Positions 17,767-26,799 are shown, counted from the stretch's first letter. The stretch: DNA of 34,739 bases from Elusimicrobiota bacterium (GCA_043811535.1 JBDRNC010000001.1:1-34739), one strand, 5' to 3'. Notes: generated by a model from the sequence alone, not told the origin. Made by a program: numbers and translations.

Positions 17767-18263
17767 TGCCGCAGAATTTTTCGTTTGACGTCGTGTCGGA
17801 AGTGAATTTCATGGAAGTGGAAAATGCCGTTGTTCAGGCGCAGAAGGAACTCGCGGTCCGCTTTGACTTCAAGGGGAGCAAATCATCGATTGACTACAAC
17901 AAGACCGAAAAAAAGATAACGCTCATCGCCGACGACGATTTTAAGCTGCGCGCGCTGACGGATATCCTTGAAGGGCGGCTGGTCAAGCGCGGCGTGCATT
18001 TGAAGTCGCTGAACAAAAAAAATCCCGAAAAGGCCTTCGAAGGGACGCTTAGGCAGTTGATAGAACTTACAAGCGGCATGCCTTCGGATAAAACTAAGGA
18101 ACTTGTCAAGATTATTAAAGATTCAAAAATAAGGGTTCAGGCGGCGATTGAAGGCGGAAAGGTGCGTGTTTCAAGTACCAAAAAGGACGATCTCCAGGCC
18201 GTCATGAATCTTTTACGAAACGCGAATTTCTCATTGCCGCTGCAGTTTACCAACTACAGATAA
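17766..18263 (+). CDS. yajQ: YajQ family cyclic di-GMP/nucleotide-binding protein
   Basis: SFDVVSEV, RFDFKG, KKDDLQ, PLQFTNYR; the true start is the ATG at 17766. Confidence 0.95.
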   Translation: MPQNFSFDVVSEVNFMEVENAVVQAQKELAVRFDFKGSKSSIDYNKTEKKITLIADDDFKLRALTDILEGRLVKRGVHLKSLNKKNPEKAFEGTLRQLIELTSGMPSDKTKELVKIIKDSKIRVQAAIEGGKVRVSSTKKDDLQAVMNLLRNANFSLPLQFTNYR

Positions 18264-18266
18264 AAA

Positions 18267-18363
18267 GTATCTAGTATCTCGTATCCCTGAACGATCCTCA
18301 CGGGGACGCTGCGCAGGGGACTTCGATAAATTCACATTATTGTTGGTCGTCTGGTATCTAGTA
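18267..18363. repeat. Family B heptamer array interrupted by a 66-bp hairpin-tail element (18284-18349)
   Basis: gtatcta gtatctc gta[insert]tctg gtatcta gta. Confidence 0.7.
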
Positions 18364-18459
18364 AAGGCCTTTAAAAAGATACAAAAAGAAAGAAGCCATA
18401 CGGGAGATAATCAACCTGAGGCGAAAAAGGACGGCAAATTAACGTAAGGTGATATTTTC

Positions 18460-18705
18460 ATGGAAAATGCAAATGAAAGCGGTGAGCTGATTAAAGTATA
18501 CGAAACTTCCAACCAGGGCGAGCTTGCTTTTATAAAATCGCTTCTTGGATGCAATAACATTCCCTTTTTCGCGCATGGGGAGAACATCAACAGCATGTAT
18601 TCGGGCGCTTTCTGGTTCGAGCCGGTAAGGATACTTGTTCCGAAAGAGAATCTTGAGGCGGCGCGTGAGATCATTGAACAATTCAAAAAAGACGGGAGTG
18701 GCTAA
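18460..18705 (+). CDS. DUF2007-like putative signal-transducing small protein
   Basis: IKSLL...NIP and VRILVPKENLEAAREII pattern. Confidence 0.75.
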   Translation: MENANESGELIKVYETSNQGELAFIKSLLGCNNIPFFAHGENINSMYSGAFWFEPVRILVPKENLEAAREIIEQFKKDGSG

Positions 18706-18707
18706 AA

Positions 18708-20507
18708 ATGAAGAGTTACATTGTTTTATTTATGGTTTTGTCATTATGCGCGCCGGCATTCGCCCTGCAGGACATCTCGAAGATGTCCGACGACGAGTTC
18801 CTCGACATGGTGGAGCATGATTCCGTGATGTATTACGTCAAACACGTCCATCCGAAAAGCGGGCTGATAGCTTATGACGGCGTCAACACGCATATCGGGA
18901 GCAACGGGTTCGCGCTGAACGCGTTCTGCATAGGGGCGGAGCGGAAATATATCGCGCGCGAAGAGGCAGCCGGGCTCGCGCTGAAAATGCTTGAGACGTT
19001 CAGGAATACCGCCGCGAATCATGAAGGGGCGTTTCAGTGGATGAGCGACGCGGAAACCGCGAGCAAGGGGCACGCGCCGAGTTTTGACCTTGTGGAGACC
19101 GCCTATGTGTGCGCCGGAGCCCTGGCGTGCAAGCAGTATTTTAACGGTCAGTCTGAAACGGAAAAGAAAATAAGACAATACGCGGGGGAAATATACAGCC
19201 GCGTCAGGTTTGACAAGTTCATGCTGGACTCCGGCCTTAAGAAGAACAACACGCTGGCGTGGTCATACGAAAGCGACAAGAAGCAGTTCAGCGATTTCAG
19301 GATAAACGGCTACAACGAGTGCATGATAGTCTACATTCTCGCGCTCGGCGCGCCGAAATATCCCGCGAGCCCGAAATGCTGGGACGGGTGGGCCCAAACT
19401 TACTCGTGGAGGAACTGTTACGGTAATTTTTATTTCTTCTGCCCGCCGATGTTTACGCACCAGTATTCCCTGTGCTGGGCCGACTTGCGCGATGTGCAGG
19501 ATAAGTATACAAAGGACAAGAACATCACTTATTTCGAGAACTCGCGCAGGGCCGCGATCTCGCATATCGCGTACGCGAAAGAGAACCCGAAACAGTTTCC
19601 CGGTTACGGCCCTATATGGGGGCTGACGGACTGCGGGTGCCCGCTTCATCCGAACGGATTCGGAGGGCACGCCATCCCTGACGGAGGCTACGTTGACGAC
19701 GGGACCGTAGCGGTTTCGGGCGCCGGGGCGTCAATAATGTTCACGCCGAAGGAATCCATAGCGTGCCTAAGGCATGTATATGAGCTCTACGGGGACAAAA
19801 TGTACGATGAGTTCGGGTTCCGCAGCGCGTTCAACGTTACAACCGGATGGGTGGACGCCAACCATGACATGCTGAATAAGGGCGCGATGCTTACGGCCAT
19901 AGAGAATTACCGTTCCGGACTGATATGGGCGATGTTTATGAAAAACCGTGAAATTCAGGCAGCTCTCAGGAAAGCGGGTTTCAAAAAGGCCGCGATAAAG
20001 GAAAAGAAACCGGAAAAAGAATCAAAATACGAAACAGCCGAAATTCTGGAATATATGGATGTATCCGACGGCTGGGACGTGTACTGCGATAAAGGCGCGT
20101 CGGTCAATTACGGCGAGGTGTCCGGAAAGGACGGAAACGCCCTGCAGGTCTCTTACAATTTCGGCAGCGGCGGATGGATATGCTTCAGCAAACCGCTGTA
20201 CCGCAACCTTGAAAAGTATGAAGGCATAAGTTTTGATTATTATACCGAAGGCGCCAAAAATAAGATTGAAGTCAAGATAGAAAACGAAGGCGGAACGGTT
20301 TATGGTTATGTGTTTCCCGCGGGAAAAGGAAGAGCGGAATGGACGACCAAAGAGATACCGTTTGGCGACATGTGGTACTTTTGGGGCGGCGACGGGGAAC
20401 TCAACTTTTCCAAAGTGAGAATAAGTATCGCGGTATCCAAAGATGAAGGCGGTTTCGGCAAGATCGTAGTGGATAATCTACGCGCGATAATAAAAGCTAA
20501 GAATTAA
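18708..20507 (+). CDS. Secreted glucoamylase-like (GH144-type, beta-1,2-glucanase-like) protein with a C-terminal CBM11/CIA30-like domain
   Basis: DLVETA, NECMIVYILALG, PMFTHQYS, YFENSRRA, WGLT, YDEFGFRSAFN and IENYRSGLIW; galactose-binding-like C-terminus. Confidence 0.8.
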   Translation: MKSYIVLFMVLSLCAPAFALQDISKMSDDEFLDMVEHDSVMYYVKHVHPKSGLIAYDGVNTHIGSNGFALNAFCIGAERKYIAREEAAGLALKMLETFRNTAANHEGAFQWMSDAETASKGHAPSFDLVETAYVCAGALACKQYFNGQSETEKKIRQYAGEIYSRVRFDKFMLDSGLKKNNTLAWSYESDKKQFSDFRINGYNECMIVYILALGAPKYPASPKCWDGWAQTYSWRNCYGNFYFFCPPMFTHQYSLCWADLRDVQDKYTKDKNITYFENSRRAAISHIAYAKENPKQFPGYGPIWGLTDCGCPLHPNGFGGHAIPDGGYVDDGTVAVSGAGASIMFTPKESIACLRHVYELYGDKMYDEFGFRSAFNVTTGWVDANHDMLNKGAMLTAIENYRSGLIWAMFMKNREIQAALRKAGFKKAAIKEKKPEKESKYETAEILEYMDVSDGWDVYCDKGASVNYGEVSGKDGNALQVSYNFGSGGWICFSKPLYRNLEKYEGISFDYYTEGAKNKIEVKIENEGGTVYGYVFPAGKGRAEWTTKEIPFGDMWYFWGGDGELNFSKVRISIAVSKDEGGFGKIVVDNLRAIIKAKN

Positions 20508-20519
20508 AGGGAGCGGCAC

Positions 20520-21374
20520 TTGAAAAAAACACTTTTTACTACCGCGCTTGCTGTTTTGTTGTCAGCGTCATGCTGTCCGTTCTCTATTCTGGCCGCGAAG
20601 ACAGTTAAAGTCGCGATGTGCCAGATTGTCTGCCTGGACGGCGACCGCGAGGGCAATTTCGTGCGCGTAGAGAACGCCCTGCGCGAAGCGTCGGAGGCCG
20701 GCGCGGATATCGCCTGTTTTCCCGAATCTTCCATCCTGGGTTGGGTAAATCCCGACGCTCATACCAGGGCATACACTATTCCCGGCGGGGATACCGACCG
20801 TCTCTGCGAACTTGCCCGCCGCTATAAGACGCATCTCTGCATAGGGCTGGATGAAAAAGACGGGAATAACCTTTACGACGCGGCCGTGCTGATAGATGAT
20901 GCCGGAAAAATACTTTTAAAGCACCGCAAGATGAATAACCTGGATGACGTAAAAGGCCTGATGGTGCCTAACTACACGTCGGGAAACCGGATAGACGCGG
21001 TAAAGACGCGCTTCGGCAAAATTGGCCTGTTGATATGCGCGGATACTTTTGACAACAACAATCTGCGCCGCATGGCCGCCCTGGAACCGGACCTTTTGCT
21101 GGTCCCTTACGGGTGGGTGAATAACGAAGCCGCATGGCCGAAACACGGCGAGGCGCTGGCCAAGGTAGTTGCCTGGGCCGCACAGGTGACGGGCGCGCCA
21201 GCGGTAGGCACTGATTCCATCGGGCAGGTATCCCACGGTTGCTGGGCCGGCAGTTACTACGGCGGAGCCAGTGTTGCCTACTATCCTAACTGGGTCAAGA
21301 TCGGAGCGGCGGCCGACCGCGACCGCGAAGTGAAAATAGTAAATATTGAATTGACGCCCAAAAGAACGAAATAA
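20520..21374 (+). CDS. Carbon-nitrogen hydrolase (nitrilase superfamily), probably exported
   Basis: E-K-C triad in FPES, HRK and ICAD; N-terminal hydrophobic signal. Confidence 0.88.
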   Translation: MKKTLFTTALAVLLSASCCPFSILAAKTVKVAMCQIVCLDGDREGNFVRVENALREASEAGADIACFPESSILGWVNPDAHTRAYTIPGGDTDRLCELARRYKTHLCIGLDEKDGNNLYDAAVLIDDAGKILLKHRKMNNLDDVKGLMVPNYTSGNRIDAVKTRFGKIGLLICADTFDNNNLRRMAALEPDLLLVPYGWVNNEAAWPKHGEALAKVVAWAAQVTGAPAVGTDSIGQVSHGCWAGSYYGGASVAYYPNWVKIGAAADRDREVKIVNIELTPKRTK

Positions 21375-21391
21375 CAAACAGAATATTCAAA

Positions 21392-22097
21392 ATGAAAAAA
21401 CCGGATAAAGCCGTAAAGTGTTTCAACGACGGGTACAACTGCGCGCAGGCCGTGTTATCCGCGTTCAGCGATGAGTTGGGTTTGAGCGAAGCGGACGCAA
21501 AAAGAGTCGCGGCGCCTTTCGGCGGGGGAATGGGCGAAGTGTTGAGAAACCATCCTATCTTGGCATTTGAAGGCTTCAATTTGAGGGAAATTCAAGGAAA
21601 GACGACGATGGCGTGTTTAATAACACGTCGAGGATGATTGACGATGAATTTACCCAAAGAGAAGCCTTCCCTTGGGCTGCAGTCTTTTGCCCATTGTCTG
21701 CTTTACTCGTCACTTGCGTACCGCAGAGGGCACGCGGCGTTCCTCGCGCCTTGACACTGGTCAAAATCCAAGCAGCAAATGTAAAGATAGGGTGGTTTCT
21801 CAACACTAGGGCTACGTCTGCGGCGCGGTCACGGGCGCGCTGATGGCGCTGGGCCTGAGAAACGGCGGAAAAAAGGAAGACAAGGAGAAAAACTACGCCG
21901 ATACGGTCAAATTCTGGGACAAATTCACCGAGAACCACGGCAGCGTAATCTGCAGGAAACTGCTGGAAATAGATATTTCCACGCCGGACGGCCTGAAAGA
22001 GGCGAAAGAAAAGAAACTGTTCGAGACATTATGCGAGAAATTCGTCAGGGACGCGGCGGAGATACTGGAAAAAGAATTCATCGCAGAAAAAGCCTAA
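21392..22097 (+). pseudogene. C_GCAxxG_C_C family redox protein gene interrupted by a MITE
   Basis: 5' half GYNCAQ...FGGGMGE (21392-21538); 3' half GYVCGAVTGALM...SVICRKLL...CEKFV (21810-22097). Confidence 0.9.
21538..21807. mobile_element. 270-bp non-autonomous element (MITE) with 32-bp terminal inverted repeats
   Basis: AGTGTTGAGAAACCATCCTATCTTGGCATTTG (21538-21569) matches the reverse complement of 21776-21807 at 29/32; no transposase inside. Confidence 0.9.
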
Positions 22098-22118
22098 GAG
22101 CGGAAAAACAAAAAAAGA

Positions 22119-22799
22119 ATGAAAACTATAAAATGGATATGCTTCACACTTTACGCCGCGTTGACAATATTCGTATTTTATATGGTATTCGTGGACGCGC
22201 AAATGCCGCGCTGGTGGTTTTTTTCAAGGATGCAGACCTGGCAAATGCAATATAAAGTATTGTTTGCGGTTTTATTCTTCCTGAGCCAGGCGGGTTTTGT
22301 GCTTACGACGATGACAGGCGGGCTGACAAAGCCCTTAGGTTTTATAAGGCTTGCCGTGCCCGGGATTCTCGGCTCGTTTATCGTGACTACGGTGCTGACC
22401 GCGCTGTTCGCGACGATAGAAGACCTGCTCGGCCTGCAGTTCGGCATTGATGTTTTCCTTGATATAATCGCGATGAACTGGATTGTTTGGTTCGGATTTT
22501 TCTATGTGAGATACCACAAGAACAACAGGTTCAGGGTGCTGAAGAATTTCACGGCAGTGGCGCTGGCATCCGGGATTTTACTGCTTTTCGCGAGCGCGCT
22601 GGCGCATCTTGAAGTTAGGTCCAGGATAGAGCTGGAGATATATCATCCCGGAACCAGCACCACGCTCAGCGTGCTTGCCGGCCTTTGGATAATCCTGTGG
22701 TCGCTCGGGCCCGGAGTTGTCTCATTGTTCTTTAACGAAAAATATGAAAGGATCTACAATGAATGGAAGAAGGAAGAACTTGAAGAAAAAGCTTTCTAG
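22119..22799 (+). CDS. Hypothetical integral membrane protein
   Basis: About six hydrophobic segments. Confidence 0.7.
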   Translation: MKTIKWICFTLYAALTIFVFYMVFVDAQMPRWWFFSRMQTWQMQYKVLFAVLFFLSQAGFVLTTMTGGLTKPLGFIRLAVPGILGSFIVTTVLTALFATIEDLLGLQFGIDVFLDIIAMNWIVWFGFFYVRYHKNNRFRVLKNFTAVALASGILLLFASALAHLEVRSRIELEIYHPGTSTTLSVLAGLWIILWSLGPGVVSLFFNEKYERIYNEWKKEELEEKAF

Positions 22800-23580
22800 C
22801 ATTTTAATCTCTGTACTGCTGTCATGCGCCGCGATAGCTTCAGCCGCCGGAAAGACCGCGGTTATCTACGGCGACACGCGCACCAACGCCGAAATGCACC
22901 GCAAAATAACGCAGGCCATATTGAAGATAAAGCCGGAAATTGTGTTTCACACCGGCGACCTTGTCAATGACGGCCGGAATCCCGGCGATTGGAAGGTCTT
23001 CAACGAGATATCGGCGCCGCTCAGGAAAGCCGTTAAATTCTATCCGGTCCTCGGCAACCACGAGCACCAATCCAAGATATATTTTGACTCTTTTAAACTG
23101 CCGAACAACGAAAGATGGTATTCGGTGGACTGGAACGGCATCCGCTTCATGATGCTGGACACGGAGTCCGACATAAAATCAGGCTCCGAGCAGTACAACT
23201 GGCTTGAATCGGAACTAAAGAAAGACAAATCAAAATTCAGGATAATAGTAAACCATCACCCTGCCTATACCACCGGCAGTCACGGTGACGAGCAGAACTT
23301 GCGGGAAAAACTTGTGCCGCTGCTGGAAAAATATGAGGTTGACATGATGTTCAGCGGGCATAACCACTGCTACGAAAGGCAGGAAGTAAACGGCATTTTC
23401 TACATTACCACGGGCGGCGGCGGAGCGCCTTTGCACAGCCAGAGAAAACAGGACCCGAACAGCAAAATATTCCTTGAATGCTATAATTTCAGCGAGCTCC
23501 GGCTCGACGGGAATGAGCTGTCTGTGACAGTGTACGACGATAACATGAAGGTAATTGACGAGTTCTCAAAAAAGAAATGA
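22780..23580 (+). CDS. Secreted metallophosphoesterase (calcineurin-like / purple acid phosphatase-like)
   Basis: GDTR, TGDLV, GNHE, HHP and SGHNH motifs; probable TTG start at 22780 ahead of the signal peptide. Confidence 0.88.
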   Translation: MKKKLSSILISVLLSCAAIASAAGKTAVIYGDTRTNAEMHRKITQAILKIKPEIVFHTGDLVNDGRNPGDWKVFNEISAPLRKAVKFYPVLGNHEHQSKIYFDSFKLPNNERWYSVDWNGIRFMMLDTESDIKSGSEQYNWLESELKKDKSKFRIIVNHHPAYTTGSHGDEQNLREKLVPLLEKYEVDMMFSGHNHCYERQEVNGIFYITTGGGGAPLHSQRKQDPNSKIFLECYNFSELRLDGNELSVTVYDDNMKVIDEFSKKK

Positions 23581-24302
23581 AAACAGCGGTTATTTTTATG
23601 TTTCTAGCGTTGTTCTCAACGGGCTGCGCGGAAAAGCGCACGCCGATTGACGATTGGCAGTCAATGCAGCAGGAGATAAGGGAAGAGAAGATAGATAAAA
23701 GTACGGCCGCGGAAAAGCTTGCCCGTATAGTTGACGGCCTGAAACAATACAGCAAACGGAAATATTCGTTTAAGGAAGAAAAATGGGCGTTTCCGCTGAC
23801 GAATTCTTCGCGCTCAACAGTATTAAAGTACGATTTTTACCCGAACGCGATATACGGGCCTTATAAAACAAGAGGATACGACTTCTTTGAGGGCAACAAG
23901 CACGGGGGGCATCCCGCGCACGATATTTTCATCCGGGACAGGAATCAGGATTCGTATGACGACAAGACCAAAAAGCCGGTAAACGTTGTTACAATGACGG
24001 ACGCGCTGGTGCTGTCAATCTGCTATGACTGGAAGAAGGGAAGCAAACTTCGCGGCGGAAAATACGTGTGGTCATATAATCCGGCTGAAAACAAGTTCTT
24101 CTATTACGCGCATCTTAAAAACGTGCTCGTCCAGCCCGGGCAATTTGTAAAAAAGGGAGATACAATAGGCACCGTTGGAAGAACAGGAATGCTGGCCGCG
24201 GTAAAAAAATCAGCGACGCATGTGCACCTGACGGTGCTTGAATATAAGGAAGGCAAGATGAAGCCGTATGATTTTTATAAAGAAATAAAACGATTACACT
24301 GA
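23577..24302 (+). CDS. M23 family metallopeptidase lipoprotein
   Basis: Lipobox STGC, HPAHD, YAHL, VKKGDTIGTVG.TG and HVH. Confidence 0.88.
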   Translation: MKTAVIFMFLALFSTGCAEKRTPIDDWQSMQQEIREEKIDKSTAAEKLARIVDGLKQYSKRKYSFKEEKWAFPLTNSSRSTVLKYDFYPNAIYGPYKTRGYDFFEGNKHGGHPAHDIFIRDRNQDSYDDKTKKPVNVVTMTDALVLSICYDWKKGSKLRGGKYVWSYNPAENKFFYYAHLKNVLVQPGQFVKKGDTIGTVGRTGMLAAVKKSATHVHLTVLEYKEGKMKPYDFYKEIKRLH

Positions 24303-24390
24303 TTAATAAAGACGATTACACAGATTAATGAGACGATTTCACAGATTATGGCAGTATCTGTGTAATCTGTGTTGAAAATCTGTGTAATCG
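24291..24390. repeat. Inverted 9-mer array hairpin, family D (GATTACACA / TGTGTAATC), copy 1
   Basis: Repeated gattacaca followed by tgtgtaatc. Confidence 0.85.
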
Positions 24391-24406
24391 TATTCTAGGA
24401 GGTTTT

Positions 24407-25240
24407 ATGAAAAGATTGGTTCTTGTAATGACAGTAATGCTTGCGATAGGCTCGTTTTCTTTTGCCGCGGCGCCGAAATCCGGAGATCGCGTCAAGATCG
24501 GCGGGGATGTTGTTGTCAGGGAAGGGGAAACAGTCCAAAACGCAGTCGCTATAATGGGAAACGTGACTGTCAACGGTACGGTTGAAGGCAACGCGACCGC
24601 CATTTTAGGGAAAATCGAAGTTGGACCGAAGGGTATAGTCAAAGCGAACGCGGTTTCGGTAAGAAGAAACGTGGTTCTCGCGGACGGGGCCAAGGTCTTC
24701 GGAAACATAACTGAAATAAGCCCCGGAAAAGCGTTCCATTTCCGCCGGACGGAAACGTGTCCTGCAGGGTTAGGCGGGTTTTTCGGCTTTTTCATGCTGG
24801 CGGCAATGATTTGTTTCATGGTGCTCGCGGCTCTTTTCGTGGCGGTTTTTCCTAAATACACGGAAGAAGTTTCCGCTTCGATAGATAAGAACATCCTTAA
24901 AGTATTTTTAACCGGCGTGATAGGGGTTCTGCTGATCATGCCTGTGATGCTTGCGCTGGTAGTCTCAATAGCGGGAATTCTGCTTATTCCGTTTGAAATT
25001 CTTTTTGTTTTGGCCGCGATGATTGTAGGATACATCATTGCCGGCAGATATATCGGCGGAAAGCTTATGGCGGCGGCGTTTAAGACCCGTATTGCCCCTG
25101 TCTGGGAAACGCTTATAGGCCTTGCAGCCGTTACGCTGGCCGTGTATGTGCCTTTCGCGGGGGTATTCGTTAAGATTTTTGTCGCGACGCTCGGTTTCGG
25201 CGCGGTGATATACTCAATCTTGCCCAGGAAGAAGGCATGA
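24407..25240 (+). CDS. Membrane protein with an N-terminal bactofilin-like beta-helix repeat region
   Basis: Signal peptide, GDVVV/GNVTVNGTVEGN repeats, then about five transmembrane helices; SD GGAGG. Confidence 0.75.
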   Translation: MKRLVLVMTVMLAIGSFSFAAAPKSGDRVKIGGDVVVREGETVQNAVAIMGNVTVNGTVEGNATAILGKIEVGPKGIVKANAVSVRRNVVLADGAKVFGNITEISPGKAFHFRRTETCPAGLGGFFGFFMLAAMICFMVLAALFVAVFPKYTEEVSASIDKNILKVFLTGVIGVLLIMPVMLALVVSIAGILLIPFEILFVLAAMIVGYIIAGRYIGGKLMAAAFKTRIAPVWETLIGLAAVTLAVYVPFAGVFVKIFVATLGFGAVIYSILPRKKA

Positions 25241-25298
25241 TAATCCGGCAGGGCGTACGGCCGAAGTTCAGAAGTTGCGGCATTAAAGGGTTCTAAAC

Positions 25299-25327
25299 TT
25301 GAATCATTGTGCTTTCTTTGGTACAAT
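25299..25327 (+). promoter_or_regulatory. Sigma70-type promoter with an extended -10
   Basis: TTGAAT, 17-bp spacer, TGgTACAAT. Confidence 0.6.
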
Positions 25328-25336
25328 CTACTGACA

Positions 25337-26287
25337 ATGGAGAAAAAGCAGACAATTCTCATCGCAGATGACGACCAGCAGGCCCTTGCCATACTCCAGC
25401 AGATAATGCTAGGGCAGGGTTACGAGGTTTATACCGCTTCGGAAGGCAATGCCACGCAGGCGCTTATCGAGGAAAAAAAACCGGATCTTGTTATTCTTGA
25501 CAACTATATGCCGGGAGTATCCGGCAGCGAGATATGCCGCTCGATAAAAGACAATCCCAGGACAAGACTCATACCGGTGGTAATGCTGACCGGTTATACG
25601 GAAACGCCCGATAAGGTTGAGGCGATCGAGGCCGGCGCCGATGATTTTGTCAATAAACCGTTTAAAGCGGTAGAATTGACCACAAGGATAAAATCGCTTC
25701 TCAAGGTCAAGGCGCTGAATGACGAGCTTGACTCCGCTGAAGAGGTGATTTTCGCGCTTGCCCGCGCCATAGAGGCGAAAGATAAATACACGCAGGGGCA
25801 CACGGAGCGCGTCAGCCAATTCGCGCTGACGGTGGCGCACAACATGGGTTTGAGCAAGAAAGAGCAGGACGCCCTGTATAAAGGCGGAATACTGCACGAT
25901 ATAGGAAAGATAGCGATACCGGACGCAATATTGAATAAGCCGGGAAGGTTGACCGACGAGGAATTTGTCATCATAAAGACCCATCCGGACAGGGGCCAGC
26001 AGATATGCCAGCCGCTGAACTCCATACAGGACGCTCTCCCTGTCGTCAGGCACCACCACGAAAAACTTGACGGTTCCGGCTACCCGGATAAAATTTCCGG
26101 CGGCAATGTCCCGGTTGTGGCGCGCATCATGGCGATAGTTGATGTATATGACGCTCTCACGTCCACGCGCTCGTACAGGGCAGCGCTTCCGCAGGACAAG
26201 GCCTTTTCCATCCTTGACGAAGAAGCCGGCAGGGGCTGGTGGGATAAGGAAATCCTGAAAGAATTCAAGAAGCTTGTGACAGTATAA
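25337..26287 (+). CDS. Response regulator receiver plus HD-GYP cyclic di-GMP phosphodiesterase (RpfG-like)
   Basis: ADDD/ILD..MP/KP receiver residues; LHDIGK, HHEKLDGSGYP, DVYDAL; start at the ATG at 25337. Confidence 0.93.
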   Translation: MEKKQTILIADDDQQALAILQQIMLGQGYEVYTASEGNATQALIEEKKPDLVILDNYMPGVSGSEICRSIKDNPRTRLIPVVMLTGYTETPDKVEAIEAGADDFVNKPFKAVELTTRIKSLLKVKALNDELDSAEEVIFALARAIEAKDKYTQGHTERVSQFALTVAHNMGLSKKEQDALYKGGILHDIGKIAIPDAILNKPGRLTDEEFVIIKTHPDRGQQICQPLNSIQDALPVVRHHHEKLDGSGYPDKISGGNVPVVARIMAIVDVYDALTSTRSYRAALPQDKAFSILDEEAGRGWWDKEILKEFKKLVTV

Positions 26288-26289
26288 AT

Positions 26290-26408
26290 GATTACACTGA
26301 TTTCAAAAAAGATTACACAGATACTGCCATAATCTGTGAAATCGTAGTGTTAATCCGTGTAATTGTCTCATTAATCTGTGTAATTGCCTTAATTAATCTG
26401 TGTAATCG
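26290..26408. repeat. Inverted 9-mer array hairpin, family D, copy 2 (opposite orientation to copy 1)
   Basis: 26310-26345 is the exact 36-bp reverse complement of 24333-24368. Confidence 0.85.
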
Positions 26409-26415
26409 TATTTAT

Positions 26416-26799
26416 ATGGACAAAATACCGCCGTTCAGCGTCATAAACAGAATAAAGAGCTTTTTCTTCGCGGGAAAAGGCGTGGCGAAGATGCTCATTT
26501 ACGAGCACAACGCCTGGATTCATTTCGCGGCGACTATTATCGTGGTTTCGGCCGGATTCCATTTCAGGATAAACAGGTATGACTGGTGCGCGCTTGCGCT
26601 GGCCATAGTAGCGGTTTGGACTGCGGAAGCCCTCAACACCGCGCTGGAACTTTTATGCGACGTGGCGGTTCCCGATATCCATCCTCTTATTAACCAGGCA
26701 AAAGACGTCGCCGCCGGAGCAGTCCTGATTACCGCCATAGGCGCGGTAATTATAGGCGCCCTGGTTTTCTGGCCATATGTTGCAGTATATTTTATATGA
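26416..26799 (+). CDS. dgkA: Prokaryotic diacylglycerol/undecaprenol kinase
   Basis: SFFFAGKG, EHNAWIH, EALNTALE, AKDVAAGAVL; start at the ATG at 26416. Confidence 0.9.
   Translation: MDKIPPFSVINRIKSFFFAGKGVAKMLIYEHNAWIHFAATIIVVSAGFHFRINRYDWCALALAIVAVWTAEALNTALELLCDVAVPDIHPLINQAKDVAAGAVLITAIGAVIIGALVFWPYVAVYFI

Noticed and set aside
21807..21809. Programmed amber (pyrrolysine or recoding) codon after MITE excision
   Set aside because: TAG serves as a normal stop elsewhere (22799, 32943), the position is not a catalytic residue, and the codon depends on where the element end is drawn.
21576..21938. ORFs inside or across the MITE as a transposase
   Set aside because: They are short, have no DDE or HUH motifs, and simply read through the inverted repeats.
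24346..25392. 348-aa minus-strand ORF and the other long antisense ORFs
   Set aside because: They are shadows of well-supported plus-strand genes with no recognisable motifs.
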